This document shows positions 11,275 to 20,602 of a DNA stretch of 64,000 nucleotides, piece by piece. Under the pieces are notes generated by a model that was not told where the DNA came from, ran no database searches, and saw nothing but the letters and a program-made list of their open reading frames with translations. The DNA lies in NCBI GenBank assembly GCA_963664705.1, contig OY761556.1, positions 3,328,001 through 3,392,000 of the forward strand. The letters are read 5' to 3'. The stretch comes from Acidobacteriota bacterium. Its GTDB lineage: Bacteria; Acidobacteriota; UBA6911. A program made the translations under genes and the position numbers. How positions within the stretch are numbered: the stretch's first letter is position 1; every line of letters begins with the position of its first letter.

Positions 11275-11829
11275 GTGACACCGAAGGAGGTCAAACGGGG
11301 TATGGTTGAGGAAGTAGAGGATCCGGAAGAGGAAAAAAAGAAAAGCAGTCCCCGCTGGGGAAAAACGGCAAAAGTTTCCCTGGGCGTTCTTGGAGGCCTG
11401 TCCCTGCTGATGGGCTATATCAGCGCAGCCGGAATGAAGGAATCGGAACGGGAAGCCGAAGCACGCAAACCGATAGACGAGTTCTTTGCAGCCTTCAATG
11501 CGCGCGATCTCGAGGCAGGACGGAGAACACTGCACTATCCGCACATCCAGATAGCAGGCAATGATGTTACGATTTTATACGAACCGGAATCCTTCCAGAT
11601 AGATTTCCAATCGCTGGCCTCGGAAGGCTGGACCCACGTTACGCTGGACTCCTGCGCCATGAGACAGAACTGTGACGAAAAAGTCCACTTTGAGGTCCAG
11701 CTCAGCATGCATAAGGGAGGAGAAGCCCGCTATGCAACTTATCAGGCATTGTGGATAGTGACCCGGAAAGACGATATTTGGGGCATCCAATGCCGCTCAA
11801 TCTTCCCCAGCGGCGTGCGTTTTTCCTGA
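11275..11829 (+). CDS. Membrane-anchored hypothetical protein, probable NTF2/SnoaL-like fold
   Basis: One TM segment, then FFAAFNARD...LHYPH...WIVTRKDDIWGIQCRS; ATG at 11302 is an alternative start. Confidence 0.6.
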   Translation: MTPKEVKRGMVEEVEDPEEEKKKSSPRWGKTAKVSLGVLGGLSLLMGYISAAGMKESEREAEARKPIDEFFAAFNARDLEAGRRTLHYPHIQIAGNDVTILYEPESFQIDFQSLASEGWTHVTLDSCAMRQNCDEKVHFEVQLSMHKGGEARYATYQALWIVTRKDDIWGIQCRSIFPSGVRFS

Positions 11830-11851
11830 TCCCGGCTTACCGATACCTGTT

Positions 11852-12139
11852 CTACTGCGCTTTCAACCGATCCAGGAGCATCTGCGGTATCTTCCCTGCA
11901 TGATTGGCAGCTTCCGTATTGCTGGCGGCCACCGTCAAAAATTTGGCATGATAGTCAACAGCTGCCTTCAAAGAGGAAAGCGAATAGGTCCCGCTGGATC
12001 CGAATGGCGACGGGAAAAATGCCGGCGTGTCTCCCATGGATTCGCCATTGCGGGAAAGAATATCGCTAACATCTTTCTTTTCTATCGGTTTAGACGACTC
12101 AATCAACGACTGTGAAACAAAGGCATTGTCAACTCTCAT
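11852..12139 (-). CDS. Small hypothetical protein
   Basis: 95-aa ORF with GGAGG RBS and an upstream sigma54-like promoter; no family recognised. Confidence 0.6.
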   Translation of the reverse strand: MRVDNAFVSQSLIESSKPIEKKDVSDILSRNGESMGDTPAFFPSPFGSSGTYSLSSLKAAVDYHAKFLTVAASNTEAANHAGKIPQMLLDRLKAQ

Positions 12140-12200
12140 AAAACCTCCGGAATAAACAAAACAGCTTCAGCCCCTCACTCCGCAGCAGGCCTATAGCGTA

Positions 12201-12217
12201 TGCATTAGCCGTGCCAA
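12201..12217 (-). promoter_or_regulatory. Sigma54 (-24/-12) promoter candidate
   Basis: Minus strand reads TTGGCACGGCTAATGCA, one mismatch to YTGGCACGrNNNTTGCW. Confidence 0.6.
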
Positions 12218-12416
12218 TGACGTCACGAACGGGGAGAAAAACGATTTGTAGCGCTGAATCTATGCCTCGGCGTCCACTGGTACATGTAAGGCTAAGCGTC
12301 TAAAGGATTTCACTGGAATACGGCAAGGAGGGTGCAAACAGATGCAGGCCTTTCCCGGTTGTACCGGGAAAGGCCTGCAGGATACTCCGCTAAAAAAACA
12401 GAGGGCAAGAGTCGGG

Positions 12417-13868
12417 TTAGACTTTTGCAAAACCGGAAAAGGATGCAGGGAAAATGCTTTCCAAAATTTTGGGCAGAATCCGCTGAGTTTGTTCCGGAGT
12501 CAGGCAGTATTGCATTTCGGAAAAACCCGCGCGGAATCCGGCGACATCGCCGGCAACGGTTTTCTTGCGCACCACAACATCCGCAACAAACCTGGCCAGG
12601 GTCGCGAAATCGGGCTCCTTCATTCCGAACCGGGTCATTTCCTGAACGCCCATACGAATACCGCTCGGGCGATAGAAGGTTTCGTCACCGGGCAACGCCT
12701 GGTAATTCGTAATAATATTGTTGGCTTCCAGGCGTGAGGCAATTTCCTTTGCATCTCCAAAAGAATTCAGCCGGATAAGAACCTGGTGCGTTCGCGTATA
12801 ACCGTCCGCCTCTCCCCCCTCCACCGGGACGCCTTCCGCTGCGCAGGCTTTTGCAAAAGCCCTTGCATTGGTCAAGACCTGCGCCTGGTATGCGTCCTTG
12901 AAGGCGTTCATTTCAATAGTAGCGGCAAGCATGGCCAGTTGAGTCCCGAGATGGTGGTTGCTGGTGGATCCTGGGAATGTCCGGGCCACAATTTCGGTCC
13001 AGAGCTTTTTATAGGCTGCGCCGTCGGGCAGCTTGGATGCAATGATACCTCGCTGCGGGCCGAAAAATGTCTTATGGGTCGAGCCGGTCACCACGTGGGC
13101 CCCTTCGACGAGTGGATCCTGGAAATGCTGCCCGAGGATGCCGAGAACATGAGCCCCGTCATACATGACCAAAGGCCGATAATCCGGGATGGTTTCGATG
13201 CAGGCACAGATCTCGCGGATGGGCTCCGGATAAAGGAACATGCTTTTCCCGAACACAATTATCGCCGGGCGGTTCTTGGTTAATAAAGCCAAAGCCTTGT
13301 CGATGTCTGTCTTGTAGGGATTTGCCTGGCTGATCGGGAAGTTGACGATGTTGCTTTCTGCGAAATTGAATAGCGCTCCGTACGGCTGAGCCGACAGGTG
13401 TCCCCCGTAATTGAGATCATTATTCATGACGCATTGAAGGCGCCCGGTTCCGCTCAATGAAGGAAACCCCTCGGGATTTGCGGAAAGGAATTTAACAAGG
13501 CCTTTGAAGACGATTTCATTGGCCATCTGGCCGCTAACGGCTCTCGATTCAACCTCGGTAGCGCCCAGAAATGCCGAAAATTCCGATTTCAACCGTTGTT
13601 CCATATGGTAGATGAAATCGGCGCCCTGGTAATAATAGACCTGGTCCCCTTTCAATGCTCCCGTTCCCGTAAGCGACTCGATTTCCTTTTTGAGCGCGGT
13701 TTTATGCTCCGCATATCGACCGGATGGATCGCTGATCTCGCAGAGTTTTACAAACAGGGATGGCGTATTTTCGGAAGGAATCAGGTTGAAGCACTTCCGT
13801 TGACGCCAGATATTGTTCTCCGCAACTTTTTCAGCAAGTTCTGTCAGCTTTTGTTCCAATGAGTTCAT
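12417..13868 (-). CDS. glyA: Serine hydroxymethyltransferase family PLP enzyme (divergent)
   Basis: NLIPSEN, GRYAEH, YYYQG, GGHLS, YDGAHVLG, STHKTFFGPQRG, SGIRMG motifs. Confidence 0.8.
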   Translation of the reverse strand: MNSLEQKLTELAEKVAENNIWRQRKCFNLIPSENTPSLFVKLCEISDPSGRYAEHKTALKKEIESLTGTGALKGDQVYYYQGADFIYHMEQRLKSEFSAFLGATEVESRAVSGQMANEIVFKGLVKFLSANPEGFPSLSGTGRLQCVMNNDLNYGGHLSAQPYGALFNFAESNIVNFPISQANPYKTDIDKALALLTKNRPAIIVFGKSMFLYPEPIREICACIETIPDYRPLVMYDGAHVLGILGQHFQDPLVEGAHVVTGSTHKTFFGPQRGIIASKLPDGAAYKKLWTEIVARTFPGSTSNHHLGTQLAMLAATIEMNAFKDAYQAQVLTNARAFAKACAAEGVPVEGGEADGYTRTHQVLIRLNSFGDAKEIASRLEANNIITNYQALPGDETFYRPSGIRMGVQEMTRFGMKEPDFATLARFVADVVVRKKTVAGDVAGFRAGFSEMQYCLTPEQTQRILPKILESIFPASFSGFAKV

Positions 13869-13927
13869 TTGTCTCTCCAATTATCCAGGGATAGCATCGT
13901 ACACGCTTATGACTGCACGCGGCAAGT

Positions 13928-14743
13928 CTATGGGTTGGGGGTTACCGCCCGAAGTCTGTCGGCCACCGCAGTAATATCGGAACGGCTCGATAAATCCAAC
14001 ACCGGGCTGGTATAGGTCAGTGCTCTTAACGGCTCTTTCAAAACCTCGATTGCATACTGCACCGCATCGGTCAATTCCAGTTCACCACGAGCCGAGGGAG
14101 AAATGCTCGTACAGGCGCTGAAAATCACCGGCGAGAACATCCAGCAATTCATGCTGACATAAATGGGACTACCGAGCGAGCGAATTGTCTCCGGCAGCGG
14201 CTTTTCGTAGATTCGCTCGAGGCAACCGGCCGGATTCACTTTTGCTACTGCGAATTTTCCCACGCGATCCTCCGGGATATTGCTTCCCGCCACGAGTTGG
14301 TCGCGATCGAAAAGTGCGAGACCGGGACGGCCCAATTCTCTCAAGCCACGCAGTGCATCCACGGGGTAGTAATTATCCGAATTGATGACGAGAAAGAGAT
14401 CATTGCCTACAACCTCCCTGGCGGCAAGGACTGCATCGGCCGTACCCAGGGGTTTCTCCTGAACGGCAAACCGGATTCGGATGCGCCGGGGCACATTTTC
14501 CCGGTAATAATCCCGCACAATCTGGTGCTCCGGCCCAATAACCAGGCAGGCTTCGGAATAACCGGCATCCGCCAGCCCACTCAGCACATAGTCCAGGAAG
14601 GGCCGCCCAATCGGAATCATCGCCTTCACGCCTGAGTCTGCTATCGCCGTCTGCTGCCGATCCAGGGCGGCGGTTTCGTCCGACTTCCGCATCCTCGTCC
14701 CCAATCCCCGCGCAAGGATAACGGCCTTTTCCGAATAGTTCAT
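13928..14743 (-). CDS. Sugar-phosphate nucleotidyltransferase family protein
   Basis: ILARGLGTRMR, QEKPLGTADA, NSDNYY, SARGELELTDA motifs. Confidence 0.85.
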   Translation of the reverse strand: MNYSEKAVILARGLGTRMRKSDETAALDRQQTAIADSGVKAMIPIGRPFLDYVLSGLADAGYSEACLVIGPEHQIVRDYYRENVPRRIRIRFAVQEKPLGTADAVLAAREVVGNDLFLVINSDNYYPVDALRGLRELGRPGLALFDRDQLVAGSNIPEDRVGKFAVAKVNPAGCLERIYEKPLPETIRSLGSPIYVSMNCWMFSPVIFSACTSISPSARGELELTDAVQYAIEVLKEPLRALTYTSPVLDLSSRSDITAVADRLRAVTPNP

Positions 14744-14888
14744 ATGGATCCCTCTAAGTGATCTTACAGCCTGGCAGTGCCAAACCTGCACAAACCCTAT
14801 ATTTTTTCACATAATAGCCAAATTCCCGACACCTTTTTCCCGAGAAAATGCATTGTATGGACCGGATCCGGTACTCTATTGTAGATAA

Positions 14889-16346
14889 ATGCCGAACAAC
14901 CTCCCCGCAGAGGGTCCGATCGGAGTCCAGGCCGCCGGCCTCGATTTTTGGATGGCGGCAGTTACAAAACAATGTGATGAGGTGCGAAGGGATTTCGATC
15001 CGACCTCTGTTCATGATCTGCGTGTTGCGTTGCGCCGGTGTCGGTCGATTGCCAATGGGTTTATGGCTCTGGATCCCGATCCTGCCTGGAAGCAAATGAA
15101 GGCCGAAAGCAAATGGCTTTTTCGGCAATTGGGAACCCTGCGCGATATGCAAGTCATGCTGGCATGGGTGCATCGCCTTTCCCCGGAGCCCGACCTCGTA
15201 TCCGCGAAGCTGCAATCATACATGGAGCCTCTGGAGCAACAAAACAGGCAGGAGGCCGCGGCGGCCGTTTCCAGTTTTAATAAGAAAAAATGGGCCGCAT
15301 GGAGGCGACTACTTTCACCACGCACCCGTACAATTCCGTTGGAAGGGATCGTCTTTCAGCATCTGGCACTTGAGCGATGGATGGACCTGAAAGCGTTTCA
15401 CCGGCAGGCTTTGCACAACCGAAGCCAGGCTGCATACCATCGAGTGCGCCTTGCATTGAAAAAATTCAGGTATACGGTTGAAAACTTCCTGCCGTCACGG
15501 CACCAACGCTGGGGCCCGGAACTGCGAGAACTGCAGGACCTGCTGGGCGAGATGCATGACCTGTATGTTCTATGGCGCACGGCCCTGGCCATTCAAGCCG
15601 TGCCGGCCAATGAAAAGTACAATCCCTGGCGGCAGCGCCTGATGAACGCCATCGAAGACAGGCGCCGGCAATACCATGCTAAGATGACCGGCAGGGAATC
15701 CCGATTGTTCGCATGGAGGGAAGACCTCCCCAAACCGGAACAGACGCGCGACGCGGCTCTGGCGCATTTTCGAGCATGGGCTTCTTTCCGGGACCCGGAT
15801 ATCTTCCGATCGGAACATGTCGCAAAACTATCGCTTCAAATTTACGACGGGCTTTCATCGATGCATCTTGCCGGAGAGGAGGCAAAGCGCGAGCGAGACA
15901 TCCTCGAGGCGGCCGCGTTTTCCCGGACCGTCGGTTTCATCGGGGATCAGAAGCGCTATCAGAAATCATCTTGCCGGATGATCAGAAAAATCGCGGTGCC
16001 GGCCGGCCTGGATTCCGATACGCTCCAACAGGTGGCGCTGGTCGTCCGTTTTCACCGAGGAGCACTCCCGCGTCCGGACCAGAAGGCGTTGTCGGGTATT
16101 TCCAGCCGGCAGTTTGCCTCCATCACACTGTTGAGCGGCATTTTGAGGCTTGCAGACGCTTTTGACCGATTGCACGGCACGCGTGTCAATAAACTCCGGC
16201 TGGACCGATCCGGAGACACGCTCTTCATTACCGCTCCTGGATACTCCGGCAGCGACATTTCGGCCGAACGGCTGGCCGGCGCTCGCCATTTGCTGGAAAG
16301 TGCCTGCCGACTGCCTGTCCTGATTCGGGGCCACGTCCATTCCTAG
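14889..16346 (+). CDS. CHAD domain protein fused to Ppx/GppA-type C-terminal HD-like domain
   Basis: VHDLRVALRRCRS, LRDMQV, HRVRLALKKFRY, QDLLGEMHD; C-terminal SEHVAKLSLQIYD...LRLADAFD. Confidence 0.85.
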   Translation: MPNNLPAEGPIGVQAAGLDFWMAAVTKQCDEVRRDFDPTSVHDLRVALRRCRSIANGFMALDPDPAWKQMKAESKWLFRQLGTLRDMQVMLAWVHRLSPEPDLVSAKLQSYMEPLEQQNRQEAAAAVSSFNKKKWAAWRRLLSPRTRTIPLEGIVFQHLALERWMDLKAFHRQALHNRSQAAYHRVRLALKKFRYTVENFLPSRHQRWGPELRELQDLLGEMHDLYVLWRTALAIQAVPANEKYNPWRQRLMNAIEDRRRQYHAKMTGRESRLFAWREDLPKPEQTRDAALAHFRAWASFRDPDIFRSEHVAKLSLQIYDGLSSMHLAGEEAKRERDILEAAAFSRTVGFIGDQKRYQKSSCRMIRKIAVPAGLDSDTLQQVALVVRFHRGALPRPDQKALSGISSRQFASITLLSGILRLADAFDRLHGTRVNKLRLDRSGDTLFITAPGYSGSDISAERLAGARHLLESACRLPVLIRGHVHS

Positions 16347-16432
16347 GAGCGGGTGAGGCCGTTCTCAACCCGGGGATCATCCTGTCTAAGCGGAAAAGAG
16401 TCTCACATTTTTTCAGGTATCTTTTTCCTGAC

Positions 16433-16474
16433 TTGTAACAGTGCGAGCGATCAGATACCATTTTGGTATCTGAT
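16433..16474 (+). promoter_or_regulatory. Promoter candidate overlapped by a perfect palindrome
   Basis: TTGTAA-N17-TACCAT; ATCAGATACCA-TTT-TGGTATCTGAT at 16450-16474. Confidence 0.5.
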
Positions 16475-16702
16475 AAGTTTTTTGTGCCGAACGGTTAAGA
16501 AAATATCTCCCCTGATACGGAGCAGCCTCTGTTAGTAAGTTTCGCCTGGTTTGAAGAAGAACCGCGGAACGCATTGTCGCCAGCATTACATTTGATCCAC
16601 AGGCATTGTGTGAAAGAAAACATCGGATGAAACAACCGTTGGAGAGATCCGGAAAAGGCCGGCCCTTTCCTTTTTCAAGTCAACTTCCAGATTAGAGGCC
16701 AT

Positions 16703-17062
16703 ATGCCGAACAAGCTTTTTATTGGGAATCTGTCATTTAACATCGCGGATGAAGGACTGAGCGAATTTTTTGCCAGTATGAATATTCCGGTTGAAAACAT
16801 CCGGGTGATGCGCGACATGGAAACCGGCCGTTCCCGCGGATTTGCTTTTGTCGAACTCCCACCCGAGGCAGATATGGGAGCTATCATCAACCAGCTGAAC
16901 GGGAAGAACCTCGATGGACGCCCGCTCACTGTCAACGAAGCTCGCCAGCAAAAACCGAGAGAATCGGGCGGCGGATTCGACCGAAATCGCAGCAAATTCG
17001 GAAAGCGCGGAGGCGGTGGCAATCGTGGCGGCCACGAACGCCGCCCACGCAACGACTACTAG
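16703..17062 (+). CDS. RRM RNA-binding protein with Gly/Arg-rich tail
   Basis: RNP2 LFIGNL, RNP1 RGFAFVE, LTVNEAR. Confidence 0.95.
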   Translation: MPNKLFIGNLSFNIADEGLSEFFASMNIPVENIRVMRDMETGRSRGFAFVELPPEADMGAIINQLNGKNLDGRPLTVNEARQQKPRESGGGFDRNRSKFGKRGGGGNRGGHERRPRNDY

Positions 17063-17068
17063 AAAATA

Positions 17069-17094
17069 AAGCCCATTCGACCTCGAATGGGCTT
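17069..17094 (+). terminator. Hairpin after RRM gene
   Basis: AAGCCCATTCGA-CC-TCGAATGGGCTT. Confidence 0.65.
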
Positions 17095-17194
17095 CTCCCT
17101 GCCATTCTTTTGTTCCGGGAGCCTGTCGACTCTGAAAGAGTTAGTGTATCTATTTTCATATCATGCTGGAATGCTGTCCGCGAGGTAACCCTCC

Positions 17195-17902
17195 ATGCCG
17201 GAATCCGGAATGAAAATTCGCCACCAATACTGCGACGACAAAATCTGCTTCCTCCAGCTGCAACCTGGCGGCGACAGGAATTTCTGCTATCTGCTGGGCG
17301 ATGTGCCGAGTGGGCTTGCGGCGGCAGTCGATCCCGGATTCCAGGCAGAGGGATTTGTGGACGCGGCAGCAGCCCGCAATCTGAGAATCACCAGGATTCT
17401 AATCACACACGCCCACACCGATCATATGGGAGAGGCCGCAAAGCTCAGCCGGATCACCGGGGCTTCGATCCATGCCGGGGCAAATGAAAAGGTGCCGGAC
17501 GCAACGAATCTGCACGATGGAGAGGAGCTGCGGCTTGGCCACAGATCTATCATCGCTCTCGCTACTCCAGGCCACTCCCCGGGGCACTTGTGTTACCTTT
17601 TTGAAAAACGACTGCTGACGGGAGATCTTCTTTTCTGCGGGAAAGTGGGAGGAACGGGAACTTACTTCCCGGGCTCTTCCGCCGCGGAGGAATGGGAGTC
17701 CCTGAAGAGAATTGTCAGTCTACCGGCAGAAATAATGGTTTTCCCCGGGCACGATTATTACGGGGGAGCCGGAGAGATGCCACACTCTACGCTTGATTAC
17801 GAGTTGAAACAGAACCCCTTCCTGCTCTGCCAGAACCTTGATGAATTCCTGCAGCTAAAAAACAACTGGGAAACCTATAAGCGCGAACACGATATCAGGT
17901 AG
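17195..17902 (+). CDS. MBL-fold metallo-hydrolase (glyoxalase II / persulfide dioxygenase-like)
   Basis: THAHTDH, TPGHSPG, TGDLLF, PGHDY motifs. Confidence 0.9.
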   Translation: MPESGMKIRHQYCDDKICFLQLQPGGDRNFCYLLGDVPSGLAAAVDPGFQAEGFVDAAAARNLRITRILITHAHTDHMGEAAKLSRITGASIHAGANEKVPDATNLHDGEELRLGHRSIIALATPGHSPGHLCYLFEKRLLTGDLLFCGKVGGTGTYFPGSSAAEEWESLKRIVSLPAEIMVFPGHDYYGGAGEMPHSTLDYELKQNPFLLCQNLDEFLQLKNNWETYKREHDIR

Positions 17903-17915
17903 GTATTCACGGAGC

Positions 17916-17946
17916 GGCGGCGTCTCGCTAATGCCGCCTGCTTTTT
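17916..17946 (+). terminator. Intrinsic terminator candidate
   Basis: GGCGGCGT...ATGCCGCC followed by a T-run. Confidence 0.55.
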
Positions 17947-18112
17947 GCAAAATTCCAGATTCCGGATTTCAGATTCCAGACTAAGACCGGAGAATAAGGG
18001 CGCTGCATACCTTCGCTTTATTGATTTTTAAAGCCGGCAGCAAGCTGCGTCACTCCACGGTTCCCACTCGGGCACGCCTTTTTGCAACTTTTGCAAATCG
18101 TCAATCGTCAAT

Positions 18113-18451
18113 TCAGCAGACGGGTGGCTTGGTATTGGGCGGCGGCGGATTCTTCATCCCGATGCGAAAGAGTTCCCCGGTCTCTTTACGTTTCCAACCT
18201 GCCCGTTGGCTCAATGGGTGCTCCATGCGAATGGCCCCGGGACAAGGACAGTGCGCCACGCAACAGCCGCAAAACCAGCATTCATCCGGATACAGAACAA
18301 TGGGGGGTTCCCCGGCCTGCGGACTCGGAATCAATACATCTGTACGGCACACATCGACGCAGGTCAGGCACGCGGTACACAGGTCGGCATCAAAAATAAT
18401 GGCCTTGCAGGCAGATGAGGGATTGGCCACTAACAAAGCTTTTTCTGACAT
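18113..18451 (-). CDS. 2x[4Fe-4S] ferredoxin, AprB-like small subunit
   Basis: CTACLTCVDVC and YPDECWFCGCCVAHCP motifs; co-oriented with the flavoprotein. Confidence 0.88.
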   Translation of the reverse strand: MSEKALLVANPSSACKAIIFDADLCTACLTCVDVCRTDVLIPSPQAGEPPIVLYPDECWFCGCCVAHCPCPGAIRMEHPLSQRAGWKRKETGELFRIGMKNPPPPNTKPPVC

Positions 18452-18478
18452 GATCAAAACCTCCGGAACATTGAGTCC

Positions 18479-20467
18479 CTATAGCTCGCTATGCTTCCGA
18501 TAATTTTCCTCGAAGCTGGGTGCATACGGTGGCATGAGATAATATTTTATGGGTAATTCACCGACCTTAACGCCCTTGTTGTCCTGGCAAATCGTTACGA
18601 TCTTGTGCCATTCCTGAGGATCCATATCCGGATAATCCAGCCGCTTGAAATCCAGCAGGGCACTGCTGGCTTTGCGCGCCAAGGAAGCCTGCATAATAAT
18701 TTCGCCAACCGTCATGTGAGTGTGGCACTCCAGGATGCGACAAAGCTCATGCGGATTCCTGGCATAGGCGGTGGGAGCTTCGCTTTCCCGGATGCTTCGA
18801 ATCCAATGCAATCCCATCTGCAAAACCTTCTCGCTCTTGAATTCGCCGCAATAATCCTGCATCACGCGGCATAGCCCGGCGCGCAGTTCTTTCCAGCCGA
18901 TTCCATCTTTGCGCATCACCGGTGCGTATACGCGCGTCTTTTCCGATTCGACCTGCTTTCTGTCCACAGCCCCCAGCGACGCCTGTTTGGCATAAGCAGC
19001 GGCGGTTCTGCCCGCGTATCGGCCGGTTGCGGCGGCGTGGGCATGGGTACCGCCGGAATATTGCTGGCTGCCTGCAACGTAAAGCCCGTCCAGGGAAGAT
19101 TTGAGGTCCCAATCGAAAACGATTCCCCCTCCGCCGCCAAATGCGCCTTCACGCCACTGGCGAGGCCCGTAGGTTTCCCAGGCGGGCCCGCGTCCGTATT
19201 GCTCTGGAGGCATGACCGGCAATTGAAGCATATCTTTGTCGGGATCAAATCCTGCTTTGCAGTAGTTATCGTAGATAATGCTGCATTTGCCCTCGTTATA
19301 AATCATCAGGCCCCAGATTGCGCGACGCTCATGCTCGGGCATGCCCGGCAAGTCGGCGTAAAGAGGGAGGGCGTATTCGCCCCTGGCGATGCGCTCGGAC
19401 AGATCGGGAATAAGCCCGGGTCCCCAGATGGCGTAAGGCCCCATGCGACCGTACATAAAATATTTCTGTCCGGGTGCCGGACGGTAACGCTCGGCCACCG
19501 TTTTCAGTATGTTCCCTTCCCTATCTACGTAGGGAATTTCCTTCCCGTTGGCATCGACGATCGAGCAGGCAAACCAGGTGTTGTTATGGTCTCCCGTTCC
19601 ATACGGAGGATAGCGGAAGAAGCCGCTCGACAGTCCTCGGCCGCTCCTTTCCATCAAGGCCAGGTCCGCACCGGCATTCCAGGCCATTGCAGTGCCGTCG
19701 CCGGAATTGTTGGGATCATTAAAAATTGAGCTGAACCCGGCAATTTCGGTGGAAAACACCCATTGGCCGGCAAAGACAGACATGGAAAGAATCGCTGCCT
19801 TTGAATTGAACACATAAAACTCCCCGGTCCGGATGCTTACGCCCGTAGCTCCAACAACGCGGCCGCCCGGCTTTCCATCTTCATTAAGCAGACTGGTCAC
19901 CATGATCTTGTCGAAGATCTGAACTCCCAGCCGCTTGAGTTCGTTGTAAAGTGCGACCTTGACCTTTGCCCCGCCATTGACGCGAATACAGGTCCTGTTC
20001 ACATAGTCGTAGGCGAACATAAGCTTGGTTTTTTCATCGCGAAAGTCCGCACCGGCAAACTGGTCGTCGACATCGCGAACCTTGAGGCCCATCTGTTCGA
20101 GGTCCAGCAGTGCATCATAGCTTTCCTTGCACTGGATATAACAGGTAATGCCGTTGCCGTATTCGTGATAGGAGTAGTCCCCGAATACTTTGACGATCTC
20201 CATCATCTCTTCCGGAGTCACCTTCGAGCACGGATTCGTACAAGCCGCGTGCCAGTGATCGACTCCCGCGCCGCCGGAACCGCTGCGTATCACCGCTCCT
20301 TTGTCCACTACAACGACTTTTGCGCCACGCCGGGCTGCGTGAACAGCCGCATGGCAGCCGGCAATGCCGCCGCCCAGGATAAGCACATCTGCGTTTACCA
20401 CATTCTCTTTGCCATAATGAGTCGGATAAGACCATTCCGCCGGCTGAACATTGATTGGATCAATCAT
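18479..20467 (-). CDS. FAD-dependent oxidoreductase, AprA/SdhA-FrdA superfamily
   Basis: GGGIAG FAD motif, RSGSGGAGVDHW, GDGTAMAWNAGA, C-terminal ASLARKAS...RLDYP; start after AGGAGG. Confidence 0.85.
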   Translation of the reverse strand: MIDPINVQPAEWSYPTHYGKENVVNADVLILGGGIAGCHAAVHAARRGAKVVVVDKGAVIRSGSGGAGVDHWHAACTNPCSKVTPEEMMEIVKVFGDYSYHEYGNGITCYIQCKESYDALLDLEQMGLKVRDVDDQFAGADFRDEKTKLMFAYDYVNRTCIRVNGGAKVKVALYNELKRLGVQIFDKIMVTSLLNEDGKPGGRVVGATGVSIRTGEFYVFNSKAAILSMSVFAGQWVFSTEIAGFSSIFNDPNNSGDGTAMAWNAGADLALMERSGRGLSSGFFRYPPYGTGDHNNTWFACSIVDANGKEIPYVDREGNILKTVAERYRPAPGQKYFMYGRMGPYAIWGPGLIPDLSERIARGEYALPLYADLPGMPEHERRAIWGLMIYNEGKCSIIYDNYCKAGFDPDKDMLQLPVMPPEQYGRGPAWETYGPRQWREGAFGGGGGIVFDWDLKSSLDGLYVAGSQQYSGGTHAHAAATGRYAGRTAAAYAKQASLGAVDRKQVESEKTRVYAPVMRKDGIGWKELRAGLCRVMQDYCGEFKSEKVLQMGLHWIRSIRESEAPTAYARNPHELCRILECHTHMTVGEIIMQASLARKASSALLDFKRLDYPDMDPQEWHKIVTICQDNKGVKVGELPIKYYLMPPYAPSFEENYRKHSEL

Positions 20468-20602
20468 CGTCAGGTCCCTCCTGATATGCGTAGGGAAAAG
20501 GAGTAAAAGTAAAGGGCCACTATAGCCCACTCTTTTCAGGAGGAAAATAAAGAAAAGAAGCCGGGAGTCATAAGCCTCGCACCTTTCGACCGATCGCTGC
20601 AA

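Noticed and set aside
18479-20467. Calling the flavoprotein aprA as evidence of sulfate reduction
   Set aside because: APS reductase signature motifs are not matched and there is no sat/qmo/dsr context in the window
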